A model generated the notes under the pieces. That model did no database searches. It was not told the origin of the DNA and saw only the letters and a list, made by a program, of their open reading frames with translations. Of a stretch of DNA of 64,000 bases, positions 1 to 8,609 are shown one piece after another. Source of the stretch: a virus (Duplodnaviria; Caudoviricetes); IMG/VR virus record IMGVR_UViG_3300029288_000152, positions 10,475 to 74,474 of that record; one strand, 5' to 3'. Numbering within the stretch: the stretch's first letter is position 1; each line of letters opens with the position of its first letter. Both the position numbers and the translations under genes were made by a program.

Positions 1-22
1 TCCATCCTACCGGACATGACCT

Positions 23-259
23 ATGCCAGCCCCAGCACGGCTTAGAACCTTCAGGGTCAAGGATGATCTTCCCCAAGATGCCCGAGTGTGGCAGTTTGGG
101 CCAGGAGCGCGGAACCATCCTCGGGGAGATTTCTATCTAGGGGGCGCGTATAGCGGGATCTCGTACTTCCGCTCGATTCATGCCTTGAAGGAGACGTGGA
201 AGGATGGCGTGGAGGAAGTCATGCCGGATCCTGATCTGGAATTGGATGAGGGCATATGA
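23..259 (+). CDS. Small early protein with C-terminal tag (..PDPDLELDEGI)
   Basis: 78 aa; stop overlaps next ATG; paralog of 456..668. Confidence 0.85.
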   Translation: MPAPARLRTFRVKDDLPQDARVWQFGPGARNHPRGDFYLGGAYSGISYFRSIHALKETWKDGVEEVMPDPDLELDEGI

Positions 260-459
260 TAGAACAAGGACATCCACGAGTCTTTCACTGGGAGGATGAG
301 GAGTGGCAGGTCTGGCCTGATCATATCATCTGGTCCAAGATCGGATTGAATCCTCGCCCATCTCGATTTAAGTCATTTGATGCGTTCTGGTACGAGATGG
401 GACACTTGGTTCGAGAAGTGACTGTAGATCCGGATCTTGAACTCGACGAGGGTATATGA
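256..459 (+). CDS. Small early protein with C-terminal tag (..VDPDLELDEGI)
   Basis: 67 aa; ATGA coupling on both sides. Confidence 0.85.
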   Translation: MIEQGHPRVFHWEDEEWQVWPDHIIWSKIGLNPRPSRFKSFDAFWYEMGHLVREVTVDPDLELDEGI

Positions 460-668
460 TACCACGCACCTTCGAGGATCGGCACGGTGGGCGATGGATG
501 TATGGGGATGGGACTCGGAATCCTCAGGGGGACTACTACTATATGGGGGTGTACCGAGAAGCCGCTGGCCCATCTTTAGCGTACATGCTAGATCACATCC
601 AACGTCCTACTACAGGATTCAGGGAAGTCACCATCGATCCCGACCTGATGTTAGATGAGGGCGTATGA
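456..668 (+). CDS. Small early protein with C-terminal tag (..IDPDLMLDEGV)
   Basis: 70 aa; shares W-x-[FY]-G-x-G-x-RN..GD[FY]Y with 23..259. Confidence 0.85.
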   Translation: MIPRTFEDRHGGRWMYGDGTRNPQGDYYYMGVYREAAGPSLAYMLDHIQRPTTGFREVTIDPDLMLDEGV

Positions 669-922
669 CCAAATACGATGAGGACACGCTCGCTCGTCTC
701 CAGCATCGGGCCATCGAGCTGACGCAGGCCCGAGGCCATCTCCTGGGGCGATGGGAATCGGCCAAGAAGAAGCATGGGGTGGGGGCCAAGCGGGTCATTT
801 GTACCATCTGTGGGTTGGGCCTGACCATCATGCCCAAACATCAGTTTAAGAAGGGACATGTCCCGGCGATGAAGGGGGATGCCTTGTTTGCAGATTGCAC
901 AGAGATGACACAGAGGCATTGA
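665..922 (+). CDS. Hypothetical protein, untagged, CxxC
   Basis: 85 aa; coupled to upstream stop. Confidence 0.7.
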   Translation: MTKYDEDTLARLQHRAIELTQARGHLLGRWESAKKKHGVGAKRVICTICGLGLTIMPKHQFKKGHVPAMKGDALFADCTEMTQRH

Positions 923-923
923 A

Positions 924-1151
924 ATGATTCGATGGTATGTCCGGGGCATCAGTTCGGGATGGGCTGGGGTGGTGGAGTGGCATCCTGACCTCCTGGAGAA
1001 GAACTGCTACTACTTCCCTCGCTGGCCTGATCAGCGGGGTGTGACACGATTCTCGAAATCGGCCAGTGGGGTCCGGGATGCCGTGGAGTGTGGGGCATGG
1101 CGAGAGGCTCCAGAAATGTGTCCGGACCTGATGTTGGATGCGGGCATATGA
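924..1151 (+). CDS. Small early protein with C-terminal tag (..MCPDLMLDAGI)
   Basis: 75 aa; MIRWY..W.GV N-terminus like 1683..1919 and 1916..2128. Confidence 0.85.
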   Translation: MIRWYVRGISSGWAGVVEWHPDLLEKNCYYFPRWPDQRGVTRFSKSASGVRDAVECGAWREAPEMCPDLMLDAGI

Positions 1152-1360
1152 TTGCCAATCCTCGACTGGGATGGCGGTATTTTCAGTGTCCCTTCCCTGG
1201 TCCCTTTAGCCACTGGGCGTGGGATCCCGTTGATCAGAAGGGCTACTGGCTCAAGACCAGCACGGGCGAGTACTGTCATTCTTATCTCAGCGTAGATAGT
1301 TGGCAAAATGATGTCGAGGAGATCATCGATCAGGATCTCATGTTGGACGCAGGCATCTAG
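1148..1360 (+). CDS. Small early protein with C-terminal tag (..IDQDLMLDAGI)
   Basis: Start moved to ATG 1148 overlapping previous stop; 70 aa. Confidence 0.85.
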   Translation: MIANPRLGWRYFQCPFPGPFSHWAWDPVDQKGYWLKTSTGEYCHSYLSVDSWQNDVEEIIDQDLMLDAGI

Positions 1361-1369
1361 GAGGCGATT

Positions 1370-1681
1370 GTGCTACAGACATTCATTCGATCCGAGTGGA
1401 AGGAATCCCCCAAGGATGAGGTGGACATCAAGATGCTCACCCAAGCCATGGGTGAGGCCCATATCCGGCGCTACTTCCCCTACAAGGGCACCATGCTGGA
1501 GAATTGTCTCGCCTATGGCCTGAAGAAGGGGGATGCGGTGCCCTATGCCAGAACCCGGCATGAAGTCAATACCTTCCCGATTCAGATCCTCTCCATTGGC
1601 TTGCCGAAGGGGGCGAAGTGTGATAGCACCCCTCATGTCTTTGCCATGAAGAGCAGTGAGATTCAGGTCATGGAAGTGTGA
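1370..1681 (+). CDS. Hypothetical protein
   Basis: 103 aa; GTG start with GGAGG. Confidence 0.7.
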   Translation: MLQTFIRSEWKESPKDEVDIKMLTQAMGEAHIRRYFPYKGTMLENCLAYGLKKGDAVPYARTRHEVNTFPIQILSIGLPKGAKCDSTPHVFAMKSSEIQVMEV

Positions 1682-1682
1682 G

Positions 1683-1919
1683 ATGCCGAACATCCGCTAC
1701 TTTAAGGCTGGACAGGATGCCTTGTGGGACGGGGTGATTGAAGCGATCCCGCAACCAGATGGAGAGTATCGTTGCATCCAGTATGGGCACTGGCCGGATC
1801 GCTCTCCGGCGTATCTCCCATTTCCGGCCACAGCATACGAACTAGATGAGGCCGTCAGATCACGGAATTGGCAGGAAGCCATCGTTGATCCGGACTTACT
1901 CTTGGATGAGGGCATATGA
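1683..1919 (+). CDS. Small early protein with C-terminal tag (..VDPDLLLDEGI)
   Basis: Start moved to ATG 1683; 78 aa. Confidence 0.85.
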   Translation: MPNIRYFKAGQDALWDGVIEAIPQPDGEYRCIQYGHWPDRSPAYLPFPATAYELDEAVRSRNWQEAIVDPDLLLDEGI

Positions 1920-2128
1920 TCCGCACCTTCAGACCGGGACCGGATGCCTACTGGCGTGGGGTACTCACCGTGGATGATGATCCTCATGCTTCACGGTCAT
2001 ACCTACTCGATGGTGAGGTTATTCGCCATAGCCATAAGTCTCAGACTGAACTCATCCATCACAATGTCAGCACGAACTGGTGGATTGAAATCATTGACAA
2101 GGATCTCGAACTGGATGCAGGCATCTAG
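1916..2128 (+). CDS. Small early protein with C-terminal tag (..IDKDLELDAGI)
   Basis: 70 aa; ATGA coupling. Confidence 0.85.
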   Translation: MIRTFRPGPDAYWRGVLTVDDDPHASRSYLLDGEVIRHSHKSQTELIHHNVSTNWWIEIIDKDLELDAGI

Positions 2129-2145
2129 GCACTAGAGGAGTCATC

Positions 2146-2382
2146 ATGCGCTATGACTTTGAAGTCTACGCCGATTACGATGTGGTCTGGCACGGTGGGG
2201 AACTGCTCCCCCCTCGGGACAGCGCTCCCGATCACACCTGGGATACGATTGAGGTACTCCTCCCCCATGACCAAGAAGTCTACATCGTCACGCACCCGAA
2301 GCGGCGCTACCGGAAAGTCAACCATCTCTACTGGGCGAAACGCGCCGACCTCCCCATCCACCCCCACGATGAACCCAACTGA
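2146..2382 (+). CDS. Hypothetical protein; paralog of partial ORF at 63904
   Basis: 78 aa; GAGGAG SD; YDVVW..ELLPPRD motif. Confidence 0.75.
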   Translation: MRYDFEVYADYDVVWHGGELLPPRDSAPDHTWDTIEVLLPHDQEVYIVTHPKRRYRKVNHLYWAKRADLPIHPHDEPN

Positions 2383-2528
2383 GGCACCAATGGGCATGCC
2401 CTACGATATCGACGCGCTCACCTGCGCCGCACGGCAGAAGCTGCGGGCGCTGGGGGTGAACGATTCCTCCTTGAATGTCTACAAGATGTTATCCACGGTC
2501 AGAAAGGATCAACTAAGGAGAGCCTGGT

Positions 2529-2804
2529 ATGAGCAACGACACCCCGACGCCCAATCTGCTGGAATCGCCACCCCCGTTGAAGGAGTTGAGCGTGCTCGAC
2601 GTGCTGGACCGCATCCAGCGGGCGCTGGAACTCCTCGCCCACGATCAGGATCGCGTGCATGCCAAGCTGGACAAGATCCTCATGAAGGTGGATGATCTCG
2701 ATGAGACAGTCGATGACATCCTGCCCAAGATTGAGGAGATCCAGCAGGGGCTGGAAGACATGGTGTTTGATGATGCCTATCCGGGGAGTGGGGAGGAGGA
2801 TTGA
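2529..2804 (+). CDS. Coiled-coil acidic hypothetical protein
   Basis: 91 aa; heptad L/I/V pattern. Confidence 0.7.
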   Translation: MSNDTPTPNLLESPPPLKELSVLDVLDRIQRALELLAHDQDRVHAKLDKILMKVDDLDETVDDILPKIEEIQQGLEDMVFDDAYPGSGEED

Positions 2805-2805
2805 G

Positions 2806-3081
2806 ATGAAATGGTTTCCAACACACGAACCAGCAAAGCCGGTGGAGCCCCTAACTGCTGAGGAGGTTGCTGCCTGCCATCAATGCGGGCACATAGTTGT
2901 GAAGAACCGCATGCAGACCATTCCCCTCAATCGGAACTATTGGGGGCATCCTACCTACATCTACTTCTGTAACAACTGTCCAGTACATTTCCATGAAATG
3001 ACCAATGACTATTGCGGTCTTCGGTACTGGAAACGGGTAGAGGTGGATAAGTACGGCAAACCGCTTCACCTTGAGGAATGA
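2806..3081 (+). CDS. Zn-finger-like hypothetical protein
   Basis: Two CxxC pairs; GGAGGA SD. Confidence 0.7.
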   Translation: MKWFPTHEPAKPVEPLTAEEVAACHQCGHIVVKNRMQTIPLNRNYWGHPTYIYFCNNCPVHFHEMTNDYCGLRYWKRVEVDKYGKPLHLEE

Positions 3082-3148
3082 TGTGCGCGTGTCATCGCGC
3101 CTCACATGCCTGCCAGCAGTTCACGCCCGCAGAGGCGTGAACTGCGGT

Positions 3149-3181
3149 GTGTCACGGGTCCCTTTCTTATAGGGGTGACAC
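3149..3181. repeat. Inverted GTGTCAC..GTGACAC pair at a convergent gene junction
   Basis: GTGTCAC 3149-3155, GTGACAC 3175-3181; third copy at 3232-3238; same heptamer as the 54.7-55.4 kb field. Confidence 0.6.
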
Positions 3182-3190
3182 GACATGGCC

Positions 3191-4144
3191 TCATTTCACC
3201 CGAACCGCTTGAGCCGGTTGAGGTTCCGGCTGTGTCACCTTGATTTTGGGTTCAACGGTAGAAATGGCGCGGCGAATCGCGGACATGCAGGCCTCCTCCG
3301 ACTTATGCACAAGGGGAGCCAGCGCTCGCGCCTTAGCCCGCATGGAGACCAAGGCAGGATTCGTGAGGATGGTGTGGAGATGCTGTCCCATATCCTCAGG
3401 ATCCGGCTCCCAGAGGAGCACCCCGTCAACATCTTGACGGAGGAGTTTGATGTCGCCTTCTTCGATGGATCGCCCCCCATAGTAGAGGCGATTCTTGGTG
3501 AGGCGCATAATGGCATCCATGCGATCCGTGACATAGGATGCGCCCCGGTGGTCGGCCATCAAATTCTTGTCTGTATCCGGCACTGGTTTGCGGCTGTGCG
3601 AAATGATGATCAACGCCGCTGGATGGGTGGCCCCCACGAGATTGACGATGACGTTCTTCATGATCGTGTTGGAATTCTCATCTCCTGAATGGGATTCTCG
3701 CAAGGTATCCACAATGACGGCTAGGGCATGATGGTCGTGGACAAGGCTGTAGAGATGTGACATGTGGGTGGGATCGAGGATATCGAAGGGATACTTCTCT
3801 AGGCACTCCCGATCAGCCACTCGGAAGTGCTCATCTACGAACGGGTAGCCGTGTGCGATGATCTTCTCAAAGCGTGTAGCAAATGTGGATCTGGGGGTGT
3901 CGAGTTGTAGATACAGCACAACTCCATGTTGGATGACGCCAAATCCCATCCACTCATCCCGTCCACCCGACAGCGCTGCGGCGAGTTGGAGGGCGAGACT
4001 CGTCTTGCCCAGCTTGGCGGCACCATGAAGGATGGCGACCCCAGATACCGGGAGGAGGGGTTTTACCAGCCAAACTTCTTTGTCTCTAGGGAGTTGCAGG
4101 TATTGGGATATGGGTAAGAAGCCTGGGTGTTGAGATGAGGGCAT
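3191..4144 (-). CDS. RepA/AAA_25-family SF4-like helicase with C-terminal HTH-like segment
   Basis: Walker A GAAKLGKT, Walker B VIVDTLRE, IIISHSRK and RGASY motifs. Confidence 0.85.
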   Translation of the reverse strand: MPSSQHPGFLPISQYLQLPRDKEVWLVKPLLPVSGVAILHGAAKLGKTSLALQLAAALSGGRDEWMGFGVIQHGVVLYLQLDTPRSTFATRFEKIIAHGYPFVDEHFRVADRECLEKYPFDILDPTHMSHLYSLVHDHHALAVIVDTLRESHSGDENSNTIMKNVIVNLVGATHPAALIIISHSRKPVPDTDKNLMADHRGASYVTDRMDAIMRLTKNRLYYGGRSIEEGDIKLLRQDVDGVLLWEPDPEDMGQHLHTILTNPALVSMRAKARALAPLVHKSEEACMSAIRRAISTVEPKIKVTQPEPQPAQAVRVK

Positions 4145-4213
4145 GCGTCACCACTGAAAACCTCGTGAGCATTCGGAGTTCGCACAGAGTTTAAGCAAGG
4201 TGTGGTTGCGGGC

Positions 4214-4242
4214 ATCATACGCGACCCGGGCGAGATTGTCAA
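4214..4242 (-). promoter_or_regulatory. Sigma70-type promoter for the helicase
   Basis: TTGACA-17-TATGAT on - strand. Confidence 0.8.
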
Positions 4243-4281
4243 GTCCTGCGTGTGGGGGCCGGATTCGGTTGGAGGCACGGG

Positions 4282-4572
4282 ATGGCATCGAACGTGGTCT
4301 ACATGGTGCGGGAGCGTGGGGGGCGGCATGGCCGCAAGGTGTGGCATGAGTATGTTGAGGTGGATCCCACCGCTCGCACGACGTATCGGGTGCAGGCCAA
4401 GTTGAAGCCGCGCAAGGTGATGCATCGGATCTACTGGCGGGGAAGTGCGTCATACGAAGCCCCACATGGGGAGACCAGCGATCAATGGCTGGTGCGGGCG
4501 ATGGAGAGCATGGCGGACTCGGGCTATCAGCCATGGTATCCCAAGTGGATGCAGATAGATGAGGGGATTTGA
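4282..4572 (+). CDS. Small protein with short tag (..MQIDEGI)
   Basis: ATG 4282 with GGAGG; 96 aa. Confidence 0.8.
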   Translation: MASNVVYMVRERGGRHGRKVWHEYVEVDPTARTTYRVQAKLKPRKVMHRIYWRGSASYEAPHGETSDQWLVRAMESMADSGYQPWYPKWMQIDEGI

Positions 4573-4573
4573 G

Positions 4574-4780
4574 ATGACTGGCAACTTTGGGCTAGAGACC
4601 GAGAACAGATGGTGGGTGGCACGGCAGGAACTTGGCGATGAGTACCATCGATCACTAGAAGCCTTTCTAGCCGAGTTGAGGAACTTGAGGTTCCCCGTCT
4701 ATACTGTCACAACAGGCATCCATGATAGCGTATGTGTAACGCTGGTGGATCCAGACCTGTATCTCGATGAGGGCATTTAG
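4574..4780 (+). CDS. Small protein with C-terminal tag (..VDPDLYLDEGI)
   Basis: ATG 4574; 68 aa. Confidence 0.85.
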   Translation: MTGNFGLETENRWWVARQELGDEYHRSLEAFLAELRNLRFPVYTVTTGIHDSVCVTLVDPDLYLDEGI

Positions 4781-4789
4781 GAGGATCAG

Positions 4790-4993
4790 ATGAAGACGTA
4801 CTTCCGCATCTACCACCGAGATGGTACGTATCGGATCGCCGCACAGCCATGGTTTTGGCCCTTCTACACATGGATCTCAACCCGTGACTACTCCTCGCTT
4901 GAGCGAGCAATTGTGGAGCGTGATGGCTACCAACGCCGATGCGTGCCTTGGAAGCCGGTGATCGAAGCCGAACCTTTGGATTCAGGCATTTGA
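4790..4993 (+). CDS. Small protein with short tag (..EPLDSGI)
   Basis: 67 aa; GGAGGA SD. Confidence 0.8.
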   Translation: MKTYFRIYHRDGTYRIAAQPWFWPFYTWISTRDYSSLERAIVERDGYQRRCVPWKPVIEAEPLDSGI

Positions 4994-5025
4994 CCTAAAC
5001 CCGCCCGACCGCGCCCGACCGGGGC

Positions 5026-5054
5026 TTGACAAAGTGCGGCCAAGCGCGTATGAT
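5026..5054 (+). promoter_or_regulatory. Sigma70-type promoter
   Basis: TTGACA-17-TATGAT. Confidence 0.8.
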
Positions 5055-5093
5055 GGCCACATTCGCGCCAAAACCCGGTTTCGCGGAGGGGGC

Positions 5094-5174
5094 ATGGATT
5101 TACCAGCTATTGTCGGCTTTGTCTTTCTAACATGGCTTGTGATGGGGTGGAGGAGGAAAGATGACCTTCGATGA
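5094..5174 (+). CDS. 26-aa hydrophobic microprotein MDLPAIVGFVFLTWLVMGWRRKDDLR
   Basis: First ORF after promoter; GGAGGGG SD; single TM-like stretch followed by RRK. Confidence 0.55.
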   Translation: MDLPAIVGFVFLTWLVMGWRRKDDLR

Positions 5175-5394
5175 ACTGCGGACATTGGAGAAGAACTGGG
5201 ACAGCTACGGTGCCGAACCCATTAATCCAGCCTGCATCAAGAGTGCCAAGCTATTCCTTGATCGGATCAACATCGTGCCGTGCTGCGATGGCGGAGTGTC
5301 GCTAGAGTGGCATACCCATGGATACGATCTGGAACTGTCATTTGTGCCTGATGGCACCACGGCGATGCTGCTAGCTGTTGAGGGGGTGAAGTGA
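5161..5394 (+). CDS. Hypothetical protein
   Basis: 77 aa; NWDSYGAEPI..GGVSLEW pattern typical of small phage proteins. Confidence 0.75.
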   Translation: MTFDELRTLEKNWDSYGAEPINPACIKSAKLFLDRINIVPCCDGGVSLEWHTHGYDLELSFVPDGTTAMLLAVEGVK

Positions 5395-5582
5395 GCGCAC
5401 CAAAAGTTGTCAACACACCAGACGATCAATTACTGGCTGACATGTGGAATCGTCTGCAGGATTGCCGAACGAGTTGTGATGCCTGCTATCCAGATGATCC
5501 ACCTTGGAACTGTATTGAAAGATGCCTGGATGATCTAGAAGTCTTGCTGCGCAGATGTGGTGTGGGGAGGGACAGTGAGTAA
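5391..5582 (+). CDS. Cys-rich hypothetical protein
   Basis: 63 aa; GTGA overlap with upstream gene. Confidence 0.6.
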   Translation: MSAPKVVNTPDDQLLADMWNRLQDCRTSCDACYPDDPPWNCIERCLDDLEVLLRRCGVGRDSE

Positions 5583-7545
5583 ACACATCTTGCATGATCG
5601 ATCCCGCTGTGTGGCGGATTGGAAGTGTGGCCGGTTGCGCTACCTCGGGTACGAGTATGATGGCAAGGGCCTGACATCCGGCACGATGGCGCTGGAGTTG
5701 TATCTGGGACAAGCCATCCATGATGGGTTGGCGGCGATTGCCACTGGAACATACAATAGGCGGGATCGATTTGACATGGATCTCATCGCCACCACTGCTG
5801 CTCAACAAGTCCGTGAAGCACTGATGGCGCAGAGTGCGGGTGAGGATGAAGTCATCGCTGGGGCATTTGCCCAAGAACAGGCTGCTCTCGTTGAAGGATT
5901 GCTGAGAGGATTCTACATCCATGTCTGGCCGAGACTGATGGCACAGTATCCGGAGATCGTGCTCATTGAGCAGGAATGCACTTATGAACATGATAACATG
6001 ATCTTCATGGCGAGGCCAGATGTGGTGCTGGCCAATACTGATGGTGAGTTGACCTACGTTGAATATAAGTCAACAAGTAGCAAGAAGGAAGAATGGATCA
6101 ACAGTTGGAGTACAGCAGTACAACTCCATTCATCTATTCGAGCCATTGAAGCGACACTGGGCAGGAAGGTGGAGAGTGTGATTGTGCAGGGGCTGTACAA
6201 GGGGTACTGCCTCGCTCCAGATACCCCAGTGCTAACAGCCGATCTACGTTGGGTGCCTGTAGAGGCCTTAGAGGTAGGAGACAGACTGGCTGCATTTGAA
6301 GAGTACCCCGCAATGCGTAAGACTCGTCATAGTAAATCCGGGGAGTGCTCACGCCGAAGGCAGTGGAAATCTGCCGTGGTTACAAAAACAGGTGGAGCAA
6401 TCCTACCATGTTACCGGCTATCTTTTGATGATGGCTCTACTATTGTTTGCTCTGAGCATCATAAGTGGTTGGCAGGATGGCGAACGGATGGCTCTGGTGC
6501 AGCTAAGTGGGTAGAAACTAAGGACTTGGTACCGTGGGAAAATGACTTTACCAAGGGGCACAGAATCCTAAAGATTATTGAGCCTAAGAAGACGGCTCTC
6601 GGGCTAGACTTTAGAGATAATTCTGATTTGGGATACCTTTCAGCAGCATTTGATGGAGAAGGCCATCTATCCCAAACAAAAGGGAAATCAGGTTACTGGC
6701 AAACTTGGGTTGCCTTTTCCCAGAACCCCAATGTCATGCTTACTAAAGTAACCGGGCTTCTGGATGGTTACAGCATACGTTACTCCGAACGACTAAAGCG
6801 GAGCGGGGCAGTCAACCGGCAGGTGCAAGTATCTGATAGGTTAGATGTCATGCGACTTTTATCATTAACTAGACCAGTTAGACTGCTGGAAAAGTTTAAT
6901 GTGGACCATCTTGGGGGAGTGATGCCCTGCAGGCCACTGCCCAAACTTGTGGGTAAAGAGTACGTTGGACTTGGGGCAGTGATTACTTTGGAAACGTCTA
7001 CTGGGACGCTCATTGCAAATGGGTTTGCTTCCCACAACTCAAGTTATGGCAAGCAGGGCAGTCCCATGTGCTATGGCTACTTCCGTGGGGGCAATCCACC
7101 GTTCACGCAGGACAGCATGCTCTATGAGTACAAGGCAGGCTACAAACGGTATCCCACTTGGGAGATGGAAGGGGGTGTCAAGAAGTGGGTAGAGTCCATG
7201 CCCGAGAACATCCTCGCGGACCAGTTCCCCTGCACGCCTCCCATCTTCATCAATGACGATCTGATCGATGCCTTCTTCACCCAGCGGGCTGACAGGGAGA
7301 AGCAGATTGACCTCGCCATGCAGATGTTGAGCATGGAAGAGGATGAGGATGTGAAGCGGCAGATCCTGGATTGTGCCTTCTCCCAGACATTTGACCAATG
7401 CTCCCCGGCGTGGGGTAGAGGATGTCCCTTCCGGCGCATCTGTCATGGACACATCCAGAATCCTTTGGAAGAGGGATGGGTGTACCGGACTCCGCATCAT
7501 GCTGGAGAGTTGGAAGCGTGGGAAGCTGAATCGGCAAACAGTTAA
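5575..7545 (+). CDS. PD-(D/E)XK (Cas4/RecB-like) exonuclease interrupted by an intein
   Basis: IEQE..ARPDVV..VEYKS nuclease motifs; N-terminal C and GQAIH; C-terminal CxxxxxxxCPxxxxC; GTG start with GGGAGGG. Confidence 0.85.
   Translation: MSKHILHDRSRCVADWKCGRLRYLGYEYDGKGLTSGTMALELYLGQAIHDGLAAIATGTYNRRDRFDMDLIATTAAQQVREALMAQSAGEDEVIAGAFAQEQAALVEGLLRGFYIHVWPRLMAQYPEIVLIEQECTYEHDNMIFMARPDVVLANTDGELTYVEYKSTSSKKEEWINSWSTAVQLHSSIRAIEATLGRKVESVIVQGLYKGYCLAPDTPVLTADLRWVPVEALEVGDRLAAFEEYPAMRKTRHSKSGECSRRRQWKSAVVTKTGGAILPCYRLSFDDGSTIVCSEHHKWLAGWRTDGSGAAKWVETKDLVPWENDFTKGHRILKIIEPKKTALGLDFRDNSDLGYLSAAFDGEGHLSQTKGKSGYWQTWVAFSQNPNVMLTKVTGLLDGYSIRYSERLKRSGAVNRQVQVSDRLDVMRLLSLTRPVRLLEKFNVDHLGGVMPCRPLPKLVGKEYVGLGAVITLETSTGTLIANGFASHNSSYGKQGSPMCYGYFRGGNPPFTQDSMLYEYKAGYKRYPTWEMEGGVKKWVESMPENILADQFPCTPPIFINDDLIDAFFTQRADREKQIDLAMQMLSMEEDEDVKRQILDCAFSQTFDQCSPAWGRGCPFRRICHGHIQNPLEEGWVYRTPHHAGELEAWEAESANS
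6208..7038 (+). mobile_element. Intein (277 aa) with LAGLIDADG endonuclease domain
   Basis: Block A CLAPDTPVLTADLRWV, block B CSEHHKW, YLSAAFDGEGHL, terminal HN followed by +1 Ser. Confidence 0.92.
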
Positions 7546-7568
7546 CAACTCATCACAAGGAGATCAGA

Positions 7569-7754
7569 ATGGCCAAGCAGACACTCTACATCTCGCAGGA
7601 ACGGGACGGCTGGTTGACCGCACACCAGAGCAAGAAGGCGCTGAAGGATTTCTACTTGGGGGTGGATCCCACAGAAATCAGTGGGCTCAAGCTCTACAAG
7701 TATGTCAAGGAGGAACAGATCCCGACCAAGAGCGTGTTTCCTGAAGTGGGATAG
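7569..7754 (+). CDS. Hypothetical protein
   Basis: 61 aa; AAGGAG SD. Confidence 0.75.
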   Translation: MAKQTLYISQERDGWLTAHQSKKALKDFYLGVDPTEISGLKLYKYVKEEQIPTKSVFPEVG

Positions 7755-7766
7755 TTGAGGTGCGAT

Positions 7767-8003
7767 GTGTATAAGATCATCATCGACAGACTGGCTGAGA
7801 ATCCCAACTATGCTGAAGAGCGAACGCGCTGGCTTAACAGTCAAGCACAGCAGCCGTATGGGATCACTGGGTATAACCCTGAACCGTTACGTATGGTTCC
7901 TGTCAGAGCACTAGAAATGGATCTCACAGAGGGCGAATTCAATGCGGTGAGACAAGCCGTACTGCAATTCATGGACACGGAACGGTTGGATGGAGGAATT
8001 TGA
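7767..8003 (+). CDS. Small protein with short tag (..ERLDGGI)
   Basis: GTG start after GAGGT; 78 aa. Confidence 0.7.
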   Translation: MYKIIIDRLAENPNYAEERTRWLNSQAQQPYGITGYNPEPLRMVPVRALEMDLTEGEFNAVRQAVLQFMDTERLDGGI

Positions 8004-8190
8004 GCTTGCCGATTATAGGGCTGACAAAACAGCAGGAGCTGCACAAGTACTGCTGACAAATCAGCCGCCCGTGCAGGGGAAACCGGGGAGTTACATGAAC
8101 CCTCGGCGGCATCTTTTTGAGGTTGTGGTGGCTGTGACTCCGACAGGAGTTCCAAATGGTGGCGCTGCTGAGGGTTACTGTGGGGTTTGA
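7990..8190 (+). CDS. Hypothetical protein
   Basis: 66 aa; low support. Confidence 0.4.
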   Translation: MEEFELADYRADKTAGAAQVLLTNQPPVQGKPGSYMNPRRHLFEVVVAVTPTGVPNGGAAEGYCGV

Positions 8191-8224
8191 GTCCCGCACA
8201 CTGTCAGCAGGATAGCGGAGATGG

Positions 8225-8560
8225 ATGGGGCTGCGACCACGGCTGAAGGCCCCACCAGCCACCACATTGAGTTGTGGGAGATCGAGAGCATAAAGGTTCC
8301 AAGGGTACTTCCGGGATGGCTAATGTGACTTCCTGGACAAAACCCTGCAGGTTAACCTTGGTCGCCAGTCCCGATGAGGGCCGGTCTCCCATCAGAGTTG
8401 AGAGGTCCAGACATGGGTGCGGGTAGTAAGCTGATTAGAGTCCCTGAACCGTCATCAGGCTTCCAGCGTGCTGGAAGAACCTGCACGTGTCATTACTCGA
8501 AAGGCTGAACGCCAAGATCGCCAGCCCCATGACTAATCACACCCGGCTACGGCTGGGTGC
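8225..8560 (+). ncRNA. Candidate structured ncRNA, unclassified
   Basis: ORF-poor gap; 9-bp closing stem ATGGGGCTG/CAGCCCCAT; internal hairpins; UACG tetraloop hairpin just downstream. Confidence 0.35.
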
Positions 8561-8609
8561 GTGGGGTTAACGGCTCCCTGTTGGGCCTCTCTTTGGATTG
8601 TGAAATGAC

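Noticed and set aside
238-259. Tag explained purely as SD + ATGA translational coupling
   Set aside because: Accounts only for GAG-GG-ATA-TGA, not DPDLxL, and the tag persists where no coupling exists. Kept as a partial contributor.
220-2128. Tag as a DNA-level repeat (attC-like cassette site, CRISPR repeat, DGR)
   Set aside because: Third codon positions vary freely, there is no palindrome or fixed-length spacer, and no integrase, Cas1 or reverse transcriptase is seen.
2153-2695. 180-aa ORF overlapping 2146..2382 and 2529..2804
   Set aside because: Overlaps two better-supported genes; only 2390 onward might be real, so it was not called.
8130-8205. tRNA-like element (GGGTTTGAGTCCC T-arm-like, CTGAGGG loop)
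   Set aside because: Anticodon stem does not pair, acceptor stem has only 5 bp, no CCA; also lies within an ORF.
8225-8530. tmRNA, RNase P or hammerhead identity for the structured region
   Set aside because: No TΨC arm, no RNase P GAGGAAAGTCC core, no intact CUGAUGA..GAAA core.
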